A DNA stretch of 64,000 nt. It comes from Planctomycetota bacterium (GTDB lineage: Bacteria > Planctomycetota > GCA-002687715 > CAIWVZ01). The DNA lies in NCBI GenBank assembly GCA_044222185.1, contig JBGANV010000005.1, forward strand, positions 32,001 through 96,000. The letters run 5' to 3'. The notes beneath the pieces are model-generated. The model was not told where the DNA came from, did no database searches, and saw only the letters and a list, made by a program, of their open reading frames with translations. The position numbers and the translations under genes were made by a program. The stretch's first letter is position 1; every line of letters begins with the position of its first letter. Below are positions 48,835 to 57,713 of the stretch, piece by piece.

Positions 48835-51018
48835 ATGGCATCGTCCGAGACCCGATACCCGCCCGACGCTTACACCAACCGTGAGCTGAGCTGGCTCGAC
48901 TTCAACGGTCGCGTGCTGGAGGAGGCCCGGGATCCCGTCAACCCGCTGCTCGAACGGGTGAAGTTCCTGGCCATCAGCGCCAGCAACCTGGACGAGTTCT
49001 TCGAGGTGCGCGTCGCGGGCGTGAGCCAGGCGGCGATCGACGACCTGGACCAGGCGGGGCCTGACGGCCTGAACCCGCGGGAGCTTCTCAGCCTCATCTG
49101 CCAACGCGTGAACAAGTTCGTCACGGAGCAGTACCGGGTGTGGAACGAGGAGCTGCGGCCGGCACTCTCCACGGCGGGCCTGGTCGTCGGCGGCAACGAG
49201 AGCATCTGGCAGCAGCACGAGGAGCAGCTCTGGCGGTACGTCACGGAACGGCTGAACCCCGTTCTCACGCCCCTCGCGATCGACCCGGCGCACCCGTTTC
49301 CCCGCATGGAGAACAAGGTGCTGTGCGTCGCCGGGCTGATCCGACGCCCGGGCCAGGTGGGGAACAAGCTCGCGGTCGTGATGATCCCCCGCATCCTCCC
49401 CCGCCTCGTGCCCGTGCGCGACGCCGACGCCCCGACCTTCGTGTTCGTGGGCGAGATCGTGCGCCACTTCTTCGCGCGGCTGTTTCCAGGCTATGAGGTC
49501 CAGGGCACGGCCGAGTTCCGCGTCACGCGCAACAGCAACCTCTACGTGAACGAGGACGAGTCGGACAACCTGCTCGAGGCCATCAGCGAGGAGCTGCGGC
49601 AGCGGCGCCGGGGTGATGCGGTCAGGCTCGAGCTCACGAGCGATGCGCCGCGGGAGCTGGAGCAGAACCTCATTCACGCGCTCGATCTCGCGGACGAGCT
49701 CGTGTTCCGCGTGAACGGGCCCGTGAACCTGCATCGGCTCATGAGCTTCTACGCGGCGGCGCCGCGAGCGGAGCTGAAGTACCCCACGTTCCAGCCCGTG
49801 GAGCCGCCGGCCATCGGTGAGGGAATTCCGTACTTCGAGCGGATCCGTGAACAGGATCAGCTCCTCCACCACCCTTTCGATTCCTTCAACCCGATCGCGG
49901 GCATGCTGCAATCGGCGGCGACCGATCCGCGCGTGCTCGCCATCAAGATCACGCTCTATCGGACGGGTGATGACTCGCCGGTCGTCAACGCGCTTCTCGC
50001 CGCCGCGCGCGCCGGCAAGCAGGTGACGGCGGTCGTCGAGCTGAAGGCGCGGTTCGACGAAGAGACGAACATCCAGTGGGCCCGCAAGATGGAGGAGGCG
50101 GGCGTGCAGGTGGTCTACGGCCTCGTCGGTCTGAAGACGCACTGCAAGATGTGCATCATCGTCCGCGACGATGGCGATCGCCTCCGCCGCTATGCACACC
50201 TGGGCACGGGCAACTACAACCCGTCCACCGCCAAGCTCTACACCGATCTCAGCCTCATCACCGCGCGGGACGACATCACGGACGACATCGCCGAGGTGTT
50301 CAACCTGCTCACGTCCCACAGTCGCCCCGAGCGCTTGAAGAAGCTCGTGGTGGCGCCCGATCACATGCTCGGGACGCTGCTCAAGCTGATCGAGAACGAG
50401 ACGAAGGAGGCCCGCAGTGGCCGGCCGGCCCGCATCGTCGCCAAGACCAACGCCCTCGTCGATCCCGACATCATCAACGCGCTCTACGACGCGTCTCGCG
50501 CCGGAGTCGAGGTCGACCTGATCGTCCGCGGTGTCTGCTGTCTGCGCCCTGCCGTTCCGGGCCTGTCCGATCGCATTCGCGTCCGCTCGATCGTCGGGCG
50601 GTTCCTCGAGCACAGCCGGATCTATTGGTTCCACGCCGCGGGCGCGAGCCGCCTTCTCGTCGGCAGCGCCGACCTTATGCCCCGCAACCTCCGCGGACGC
50701 GTCGAGGTGCTCTTCCCCATCGAAGACCCATCTCTCGCCAAGATCGCCCGCGACGAGATCCTCGCGACCTACCTGGAGAACCGCCCCAAAGTGCGCGTCC
50801 TCGGCGCCGACGGCGTCTACCGCCCGATCCCGCGCGAGCAGTGGACCGACGACCGTGACCCCCACACCGTCTTCATGCAGCGCGTCCAAAAACAGGTCGC
50901 CCAGCACCTGCGCGTCGTCGAAGAAGGCCCGCCGAAGAAGGCCCGCCCCCGCCGCAAGCGCACGATGAAGTCCGACCCGCCCAGCGAGCCGCAGCAGCCG
51001 CGGGATGATGTGGCGTAG
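48835..51018 (+). CDS. ppk1: Polyphosphate kinase 1
   Basis: NRELSWLDFN.RVL, NLDEFFEVRV, HPFP, HHPFDSF, TLYRT, VELKARFDEE, KTHCK, GTGNYN, RFLEHSR. Confidence 0.95.
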   Translation: MASSETRYPPDAYTNRELSWLDFNGRVLEEARDPVNPLLERVKFLAISASNLDEFFEVRVAGVSQAAIDDLDQAGPDGLNPRELLSLICQRVNKFVTEQYRVWNEELRPALSTAGLVVGGNESIWQQHEEQLWRYVTERLNPVLTPLAIDPAHPFPRMENKVLCVAGLIRRPGQVGNKLAVVMIPRILPRLVPVRDADAPTFVFVGEIVRHFFARLFPGYEVQGTAEFRVTRNSNLYVNEDESDNLLEAISEELRQRRRGDAVRLELTSDAPRELEQNLIHALDLADELVFRVNGPVNLHRLMSFYAAAPRAELKYPTFQPVEPPAIGEGIPYFERIREQDQLLHHPFDSFNPIAGMLQSAATDPRVLAIKITLYRTGDDSPVVNALLAAARAGKQVTAVVELKARFDEETNIQWARKMEEAGVQVVYGLVGLKTHCKMCIIVRDDGDRLRRYAHLGTGNYNPSTAKLYTDLSLITARDDITDDIAEVFNLLTSHSRPERLKKLVVAPDHMLGTLLKLIENETKEARSGRPARIVAKTNALVDPDIINALYDASRAGVEVDLIVRGVCCLRPAVPGLSDRIRVRSIVGRFLEHSRIYWFHAAGASRLLVGSADLMPRNLRGRVEVLFPIEDPSLAKIARDEILATYLENRPKVRVLGADGVYRPIPREQWTDDRDPHTVFMQRVQKQVAQHLRVVEEGPPKKARPRRKRTMKSDPPSEPQQPRDDVA

Positions 51019-51092
51019 CAACCAAGACGCACTCGCCTGCGTGCCAACCAGCGGCGCTTGCGCCGAACCGATCCACATCAGTGCCGCGCTCG

Positions 51093-51121
51093 TTGACGTC
51101 GGAGCCGAATCGCCCCATGAT
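51093..51121 (+). promoter_or_regulatory. Sigma70-like promoter of kinase 1
   Basis: TTGACG-N17-CATGAT followed by CCTCGC; near-identical layout at 60436. Confidence 0.55.
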
Positions 51122-51153
51122 CCTCGCGCCAAGTACGAGGAGGGCGCAGCGAG

Positions 51154-54024
51154 ATGGACGAGGCAGCGAGCACGAGCACCAGCGGTTCCAAAGGAGGGCT
51201 CAGTCCACGCGAGGCTTTCCTCGTGCAGGCTCTGCTGGATGCGCAGGACGGCACCATCAAGCCGCTCCACCGATACCTCCGCGAGTTCACAGGCGATGTC
51301 TCCGGCGTTGCCGCCGAATACCTCGAGCTGATCGACCTCAACGTCATCCCAGATCAGTCGAGTGGGCCCCCGAACGTCGCGATCGATCCGAACCTTGCGA
51401 TCACGAACTACCGACTACTGAAGGATCTCGGCCATGGCGGGCAGGGGATCGTGTACCTCGCGGAAGATCTGAGGCTCGGCCGAACGGTCGCAGTCAAGGT
51501 CCTCGACCGTTGCAAGGGTCTCAGCGACGTGGCGACCCAGCGATTCCTCCGAGAGGCGACGATCACCTCCCGCCTCGACCATCCCGGAATCTGCCCGGTC
51601 TTCGAAGTCGGAGTGACGAACGGCGCCCCCTTCATCGTGATGAAGTACGTCGCCGGGGAATCGCTGGCCGACTGCATCACGAAGACGCGAGATCGATCGC
51701 CAACGCCGAGTTCTACCGTCGTCGACCTACCCGAGATCCGAGGCACGGTCGCCCACGAAACGCCGCGGCCAGCCCCCCAAACCACGCAGCAATTCGACCC
51801 GCCGAATCGTGCGGCAATCGACCGGGCGATCCGAATGATCGAGGACGCCGCGCGTACGCTCCACGCAGCCCATGAGCGCGGCGTCATACACCGCGACATC
51901 AAGCCTGCCAACATCATGGTCACCCCGGACGGTTACCCGGTCATCCTGGATTTCGGCCTGGCGCGCGACACAGAGAGTGAGCTGCCGACACTGTCCAGGT
52001 CTGACGATCTGTTCGGCACGCCGCCGTACATGTCACCCGAACAGCTGTCGATGGAGCGTATGCGCGTCGACCGACGAACGGACGTCTGGTCCCTCGGCGT
52101 GACGTTGTTCGAGTGCCTCACGCTACAACGCCCATTCGTCGCTCCGACCCAAGAGCGTCTGGCCCACGCGATTCAGTCGGAGCCCTCCCCTGACGTCCGA
52201 CGGTTGAACGAGAACGTTCCACACGACCTGCGCGTCGTTCTTGAGACGGCCCTCGAGAAGGACCGCCACCACCGGTACCAGACCGCCCTCGATTTCGCGG
52301 AGGACCTTCGCCGAGTCCGATGCTCGGAACCGATTCGAGCCCGCCCCGTGGGCGCCGCCACTCGGCTCGCGCGGTGGGCAAAGCGAAACCCGGCCTCGGC
52401 GTCCCTGACCCTGGCGCTCTTCGTGACGCTCGCGACAGCGGCTGGTGTGTTCTGGAGCCAGGCCGCGACACTCACCGACCGGAATGCCCGATTGGAGCAA
52501 TCGACACGGGAGGCAGAACAGGCCCGAGCCGAGGCACTGATGAAAGGCGCCCGACTCGCTCGGAGTCGCGGACTGTGGCAAGTGGTGCTCGACTCGGCGG
52601 ACGGAGCCGCCGCTCACGGTTGGAAGGATGCGACGGAGGTCTCGCTCCTCAAGATCGAGGCCTGGTACGGCCAGCTCGCCTACGACCGTATGCACGCGGA
52701 GCTCGCCCGGCTCGACCCGGACTCATCGCCGACGCACCGTGCCAGCATCCTCCTGGCGCGCGGCGACCTGGGCTCCAGCCCATTGCAGGAGCCGAACGAC
52801 GGGCTGACGTTCATCAAGGCTGCACTCGATTACGGCGGCCTCTCGCCAGACGACGCCGAATACGCCCGCGCCCTCGTCACCGAGGACCTGAACGAATCCG
52901 AGCGCCACCTCAGAGCGGCACTGACGCTCAACGCAACGCATCGGCGCGCGAATGAAACGCTCGCGATCACGCTTGTGGCCCTTGGGAGGCGCGAGCCGTT
53001 CAAGCAACTCGTAACCGTCATGTCCGGCCTCTACCCGGACGATCCGCAGACGTTGGTACTCCAACTGACGGTCGCGCTATTCGAACGCAACCAAGTCGAA
53101 ACCGACTGCCTTACTGCTGACTTGCGGAAGCGCCTGAGCGACCACGCGCTCGAAGCCGTTGATGCGCTCGTTCGCGTGATCCGCATCATCCAGAACATCG
53201 AAGACCATTCCGACCAACTCTGTAACGGCGACCTCCTGTCGTTCAAAGGCGCCGCCCAGGATGTCACGAAGGCGCTGTTCGTGCTCGGGGCGGCCGATCC
53301 GGCATCGGTCCCGCCGTTCATTGGGCGTTTCCCACGCGCGGCGGCTCGATCGTGGAGGACCTTCCTGAACGGACTCGTCTCGCCCAGAGCCCTCGCGCCG
53401 CTGCTGGACGGTCAACCGAAACAGCTCGAGAAGGGTCTGAACAGCTCGATCGAGATCCACCGCGACGGTTTCCTGTTGCTGTGCCGATCACTCGTTCGAA
53501 TGGTCCGTGGCACTTATCCCGAAGCCATGGAGGACGCGATCGAGGCTGCTTCCGCCCCAGCGCTGATCCAGGTGCGTCGCACGGCCCTACGCACGGCGCT
53601 CGCCACGGCATCACAGGTGTACGCCGCGGAAATCGAGAGGACGCCGTCCAAGGCCAACGCGACGAAGGCGCGGATCATCAAGCTCTGGAATTCCCTCCGA
53701 GAACGACCCGACCTCACATCCCAGGACTACTTCTTCGGCTGCAACGTTCTCATGAAGGTCGGCCTGCCGATGAACGCGGCAACTGCGCTGGGGGATTGGG
53801 TCGAGAAGGAACCAGACAACCCCGACGCGGCGGTCGCGCTCGCCAGATTCCACTTGCTGATCGACGACGCGCGGGGCTGCCTGACCCTGGCGACAGAGGT
53901 GCTCAGGCGCCATCCAGGTCACGGGAACGCCCTCAAGTATCAGCGGATGGCACAGGACCAACTTGCCAAGGTCGCCGAGAGCCGCGCGGAAAGTCGGGCT
54001 TCGAGTCGCGGCGAGAGTCGGTAG
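51154..54024 (+). CDS. Ser/Thr protein kinase with a TM helix and a C-terminal helical (TPR-like) sensor region
   Basis: LGHGGQGIV, VAVK, HRDIKPANI, DFGLA, GTPPYMSPEQ, DVWSLG; TM after RWAKRNP. Confidence 0.92.
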   Translation: MDEAASTSTSGSKGGLSPREAFLVQALLDAQDGTIKPLHRYLREFTGDVSGVAAEYLELIDLNVIPDQSSGPPNVAIDPNLAITNYRLLKDLGHGGQGIVYLAEDLRLGRTVAVKVLDRCKGLSDVATQRFLREATITSRLDHPGICPVFEVGVTNGAPFIVMKYVAGESLADCITKTRDRSPTPSSTVVDLPEIRGTVAHETPRPAPQTTQQFDPPNRAAIDRAIRMIEDAARTLHAAHERGVIHRDIKPANIMVTPDGYPVILDFGLARDTESELPTLSRSDDLFGTPPYMSPEQLSMERMRVDRRTDVWSLGVTLFECLTLQRPFVAPTQERLAHAIQSEPSPDVRRLNENVPHDLRVVLETALEKDRHHRYQTALDFAEDLRRVRCSEPIRARPVGAATRLARWAKRNPASASLTLALFVTLATAAGVFWSQAATLTDRNARLEQSTREAEQARAEALMKGARLARSRGLWQVVLDSADGAAAHGWKDATEVSLLKIEAWYGQLAYDRMHAELARLDPDSSPTHRASILLARGDLGSSPLQEPNDGLTFIKAALDYGGLSPDDAEYARALVTEDLNESERHLRAALTLNATHRRANETLAITLVALGRREPFKQLVTVMSGLYPDDPQTLVLQLTVALFERNQVETDCLTADLRKRLSDHALEAVDALVRVIRIIQNIEDHSDQLCNGDLLSFKGAAQDVTKALFVLGAADPASVPPFIGRFPRAAARSWRTFLNGLVSPRALAPLLDGQPKQLEKGLNSSIEIHRDGFLLLCRSLVRMVRGTYPEAMEDAIEAASAPALIQVRRTALRTALATASQVYAAEIERTPSKANATKARIIKLWNSLRERPDLTSQDYFFGCNVLMKVGLPMNAATALGDWVEKEPDNPDAAVALARFHLLIDDARGCLTLATEVLRRHPGHGNALKYQRMAQDQLAKVAESRAESRASSRGESR

Positions 54025-54117
54025 GCGCGCGGCGACCTGGCCCGGCGCGCCTCGCGATGAGCCCGACACATGCGCGTCTGGCGACCCGCGACGAGGCCGG
54101 CAGGGGGGCGCCGACAA

Positions 54118-56253
54118 CTACCTGCCACCGGACTCACGCTTGACCCGCAGATACTCCGCCTCCGCTGCCCGGTAGCGATCCGAGATACCCTGGTCGATGG
54201 GCCGCGCGGGCGGGATGTGAGCGCCGATCGCACCTGCCATCCGAGCCATGCGGTCGGCGTAATCACGGTCGCGCACATACCGTCGACTCTCCGCGTCATA
54301 CGCCGCCTTCGCCGCGAGGTAGTCAGCTTCTGCGGCACGAAGCCTGGCGTCCGCTCCGGGGTCGATGGCTCCAGCTGGACGTCCGCCACCAGACGACGAG
54401 GCCATCGGCCCTACCTCGACGAGCTCGACGAAGAAAACCAGCAGGGCATTGGGCGGGATTCGTGGAGGGGCGCCCGCGGCCCCATACCCGAGATTCGCAG
54501 GAATCACGAAGCGTGCCTTCGACCCCGCCTTGAGGAGTTGCAGCCCTTCAGACAGCCCCGAAATCACCTCCCCAAGACCGAACGTCGCCGGCTTGCCACG
54601 CGAATACGAAGAGTCGAACAGCGTCCCATCCTCGAACCAGCCCGAGTAGTTCACGACGACACGATCAGTCTTCGTCGGCGAGGCGCCGGTGCCGTCGGTG
54701 AGAATGACATATCTCAGGCCGCTTTCAGTCGTCCTCAAACTCATGGTGGCGGGCTCGACGAACTGCGTCGGACTGGGCAGCCTCTTCGCCACGACGGCGG
54801 GGCCCAGGTCCATCTGCGGAGTCACGGGTTTCGTGTGAGTCTCGACGAATTGCACACCGGCCGCCACCGCGACGAGCTTGTTGATCTCTGTGCACTCCGC
54901 CGTCGAAACGGCGAATTCAGCCAATGGAACACCCCCGGCCAGGCGCCCTTGCGCGTCGAAGACAACCGCCATCGTCGCCTTGCCGGCGTGGGCCTTCGCC
55001 GATGGAAACATCTCCTCGAATGCCCCCTTCTCGTCGATCGCGATCGACCACGGCCACAGCCCGTACTTGCCTTCGATCCACATGTTCTGGTGGCCGCGCC
55101 CGCGGCTCTCGAACACGCCGACGATTCCGACCCGCGTCCCGTTGACATCGGTGACGATGCCCTTGAGTGATGACACCAGCTGTTCCGACCATGGCTTGTC
55201 GGGATTCGCGTAGGCCTGCGAGTGCGAGATCAGATAGGCGATGATGACCTTTCCGCGACAGTCCTCGGCGTGAGGGATGCTCTGGTCGCCAGCGAATTGG
55301 ACGCGCCTGAGCCACTGCCGGAGGCCTGGGGGAACGGCTGGGTTGTCCACAAAAACACCGGAGAGGTCACGAACGATGCGAAAACCCACGCGCTCGTTCG
55401 GCAACTCGACCGCTGCTCGTTGCCCCGATGTCGCAACCGTTGCCGAGACCCCTCTCACGGCTCGCGCACCAACCGACACGTCGCTCGCGATGCCGCCCGC
55501 GAGAGGGTCAACCACCGGGTAGGCGCTGTACCGCTCGAAGAGATCGAGGCAGACCTCCGAGGCGTTCGCAGCCATGTCGAAGATGCCCCACGGGTTTGGC
55601 TTCTTCATCGCCACGGGCCGGACGTCTGCGTGAACCTCCCCTGCCGCGTCAACCTGCTCGAAATCGGCGGCACGAGCGATCTCGTCGCCCCAGTACCACC
55701 TCGTCGTCGTGCCCGCGCGGCAGGCGTACTCCCACTCGGCCTCCGTTGGCAGGCGATACTGGAACGTCCGTTCTTTCTGATTGACCCACCGAACGAACTT
55801 CTGGATGGCGTCCAGTGAGACCCGCGTCATCGGCGCTTGCTCCCCTGCCTGGAACGCCAGCTCTATGTCGTCCGTGAGCGCGATGCTCTCGTCCTCGCGC
55901 ATGAACTGCTTCCACTGGGCAACCGTCACTTCCGTCACGCCAAACAAGAGTTCGCCGCTGATCGTCACGTCGTGAACAGGGAGCTCGGAATCGTCTGGGG
56001 CTGGCATTCCGCCCGCCGGCGGTGGCGGCGCGGCTTGGCCGAGCGCCTCAGCGCGGCGTTTGCGTTCCAGATACGTTTGGAACTCCGCCGGACTCGGTCC
56101 AGGGGTGCCCATGCGAAACTTGCCGGGCACGACTCGCACGAACCGCATTCCGACGGAATTGGTCACCACATCGGACGGCTTGTCCTGAGAAATCACCGGA
56201 CTTGCCGACAGCAGAAGGCACAAAGCGACACCTTTGACGATTGCGTTGCTCAT
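54118..56253 (-). CDS. Exported fusion: FGE-sulfatase (SUMF1)-like + thioredoxin-like + FKBP peptidyl-prolyl isomerase
   Basis: TNSVGMRF, EVTVAQW, RLPTEAEWEYACRAG, PNPWGIFDM, VGFRIV; FKBP SGLRY...VNYSG...FDSS...VISG..EGL...IP.NLGYG...IPPNALLVF.VEL. ATG at 56253. Confidence 0.8.
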   Translation of the reverse strand: MSNAIVKGVALCLLLSASPVISQDKPSDVVTNSVGMRFVRVVPGKFRMGTPGPSPAEFQTYLERKRRAEALGQAAPPPPAGGMPAPDDSELPVHDVTISGELLFGVTEVTVAQWKQFMREDESIALTDDIELAFQAGEQAPMTRVSLDAIQKFVRWVNQKERTFQYRLPTEAEWEYACRAGTTTRWYWGDEIARAADFEQVDAAGEVHADVRPVAMKKPNPWGIFDMAANASEVCLDLFERYSAYPVVDPLAGGIASDVSVGARAVRGVSATVATSGQRAAVELPNERVGFRIVRDLSGVFVDNPAVPPGLRQWLRRVQFAGDQSIPHAEDCRGKVIIAYLISHSQAYANPDKPWSEQLVSSLKGIVTDVNGTRVGIVGVFESRGRGHQNMWIEGKYGLWPWSIAIDEKGAFEEMFPSAKAHAGKATMAVVFDAQGRLAGGVPLAEFAVSTAECTEINKLVAVAAGVQFVETHTKPVTPQMDLGPAVVAKRLPSPTQFVEPATMSLRTTESGLRYVILTDGTGASPTKTDRVVVNYSGWFEDGTLFDSSYSRGKPATFGLGEVISGLSEGLQLLKAGSKARFVIPANLGYGAAGAPPRIPPNALLVFFVELVEVGPMASSSGGGRPAGAIDPGADARLRAAEADYLAAKAAYDAESRRYVRDRDYADRMARMAGAIGAHIPPARPIDQGISDRYRAAEAEYLRVKRESGGR

Positions 56254-56682
56254 CTCGCGCTCCACTGGGTTCGGCTGAGGGGTCGTGAGCCCTGCAACTC
56301 CGCTCTGGTTGCCGCGCTCACGTCTGCCGACCTGCACCGTGCCGATTGACCTGCGACCTGACGGGGGTGGCACGACGCCGGCCCTTCGAGGTCGAACGGG
56401 GCGGATGCGGAGTCCGTCGACATCCACGCACCACCGTCCAAGATCCCAGTGACGTTGGTTGGGCACTTTTTTTGTCCGCCCGAGGAACCCCAACCCTCAG
56501 CCAGGCTCCAACGCGTCCCGGTCCTGCGGTCCTGTACCAGTTGCGCGTCCCAGCTGGCTGCTCGACTCAAAAAGCGAAGCCTCTCGAACCACTGGGGGGT
56601 GTCGATCCCGCCGTGAACCCCTCGCGGCAGGTCGTCGAGCAGGGGATGGATCCCCTGCAAGAAGACAAGAAAGGTCTCAATC

Positions 56683-57453
56683 ATGAAAGCGCTCCGCCTC
56701 CTCCTCTTGACCGTGACGATCGCCGCGCCTGCGCTCTGCCAGGCGAAGGTGATGGGAACCGTACAGTCGTTCGGAAACAGCTGGGCTGGCGTCGACGCCA
56801 TCACCGGGATCAGCTGTGCCGGGTGGCCAACTCGCGTCGACGACAACTGCAATGGCCAGCATCAGGCGCACATCCTGAAGCACGACGTCACACTCGCCAC
56901 GATGGACTTCCCTGCGACGTCGTTCGGCGGCGGGAACGCACACCCGCTCGTGAAGGCCCGCACGACCACCGTCTTCACTGCGTCCTACGGCGCAGCTGGT
57001 GGCCAGATGACCATTCAGCCCACCTACACGGAGTTCAATGGCTGGAATTCCGAGACGATCTCGGTCGGTCCATTCGATGTACAGGCGCACGCCGGCGTCG
57101 GCGTCGGCAGCCAGGGCTGGGGAACCTGGGCATTCGGACAGCAGCCCCGGCGTGCCAATGCCGAGACCCACTTCGCCCAGAATTGCGTGGCGACGGGGCG
57201 TGTCACAGTGTCGCTTCTGTTCGGCGCTGCGAGTGCGAGCGTCACGGCTGACGTCAACCTCCTAAACCGGGCGGCACATCTGTCGACTGGCAACACAGCC
57301 CTCGCCGGGCTGCCGCAAGCCCACGCGAACGTGGTCTTCGACACATGGCAGCTCCTGCTGAAGCTGAAAGTCCAACTCCTGTGGGGACTCATCGATTACA
57401 AGCGGACGTTGGTCAATGAGTCGGGTGGGCACACCGAGATCACGGGATTCTGA
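56683..57453 (+). CDS. Secreted all-beta hypothetical protein (candidate beta-sheet partner of the downstream LLTP-like protein)
   Basis: GAAAGG RBS; signal MKALRLLLLTVTIAAPALC; long alternating beta strands (ISVGPFDVQAHAGVGVG, TGRVTVSLLFGAASASVTADVNL). Confidence 0.7.
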   Translation: MKALRLLLLTVTIAAPALCQAKVMGTVQSFGNSWAGVDAITGISCAGWPTRVDDNCNGQHQAHILKHDVTLATMDFPATSFGGGNAHPLVKARTTTVFTASYGAAGGQMTIQPTYTEFNGWNSETISVGPFDVQAHAGVGVGSQGWGTWAFGQQPRRANAETHFAQNCVATGRVTVSLLFGAASASVTADVNLLNRAAHLSTGNTALAGLPQAHANVVFDTWQLLLKLKVQLLWGLIDYKRTLVNESGGHTEITGF

Positions 57454-57476
57454 GGAACACCGAGGAAGCTCGTCGT

Positions 57477-57512
57477 GCAAGGCGGCCGCCGCGAAAGCTG
57501 CGGCTGCCTTGC
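57477..57512 (+). terminator. Strong GAAA-loop hairpin between the two cassette genes (attenuator or 3' stabiliser)
   Basis: GCAAGGCGGCCGC...GAAA...GCGGCTGCCTTGC; weak U-tract, so possibly leaky. Confidence 0.5.
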
Positions 57513-57713
57513 TTCGTCTTCAGGCCAGGGAATACCCGACCGAGCGGCACGTGTATCCCGTGCGCCATGCGTCCGCACAGAATGCACGCACAGCTCACGC
57601 CGAGGGGTCAAAAACTCGGGGCTCGAGACCACTGGACCCATGTGGCCGATCACCGCCCGCGACAGACCTCCCATTCCCTGCGGGCCTGCGGACGAGCCGC
57701 TGAGGATCAATCC

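Noticed and set aside
48826-51270. Long antisense ORFs (814 aa here; also 39007-41070, 46037-48034, 12762-14849, 6314-7945)
   Set aside because: These are typical stop-poor shadow frames opposite well-supported genes in high-GC DNA and carry no motifs.
56440-56475. Hairpin plus T-run (CCCAGT...GTTGGGCAC-TTTTTTT) as a terminator or sRNA end
   Set aside because: The stem is weak with several G-U pairs and there is no convincing upstream gene on that strand; left uncalled.
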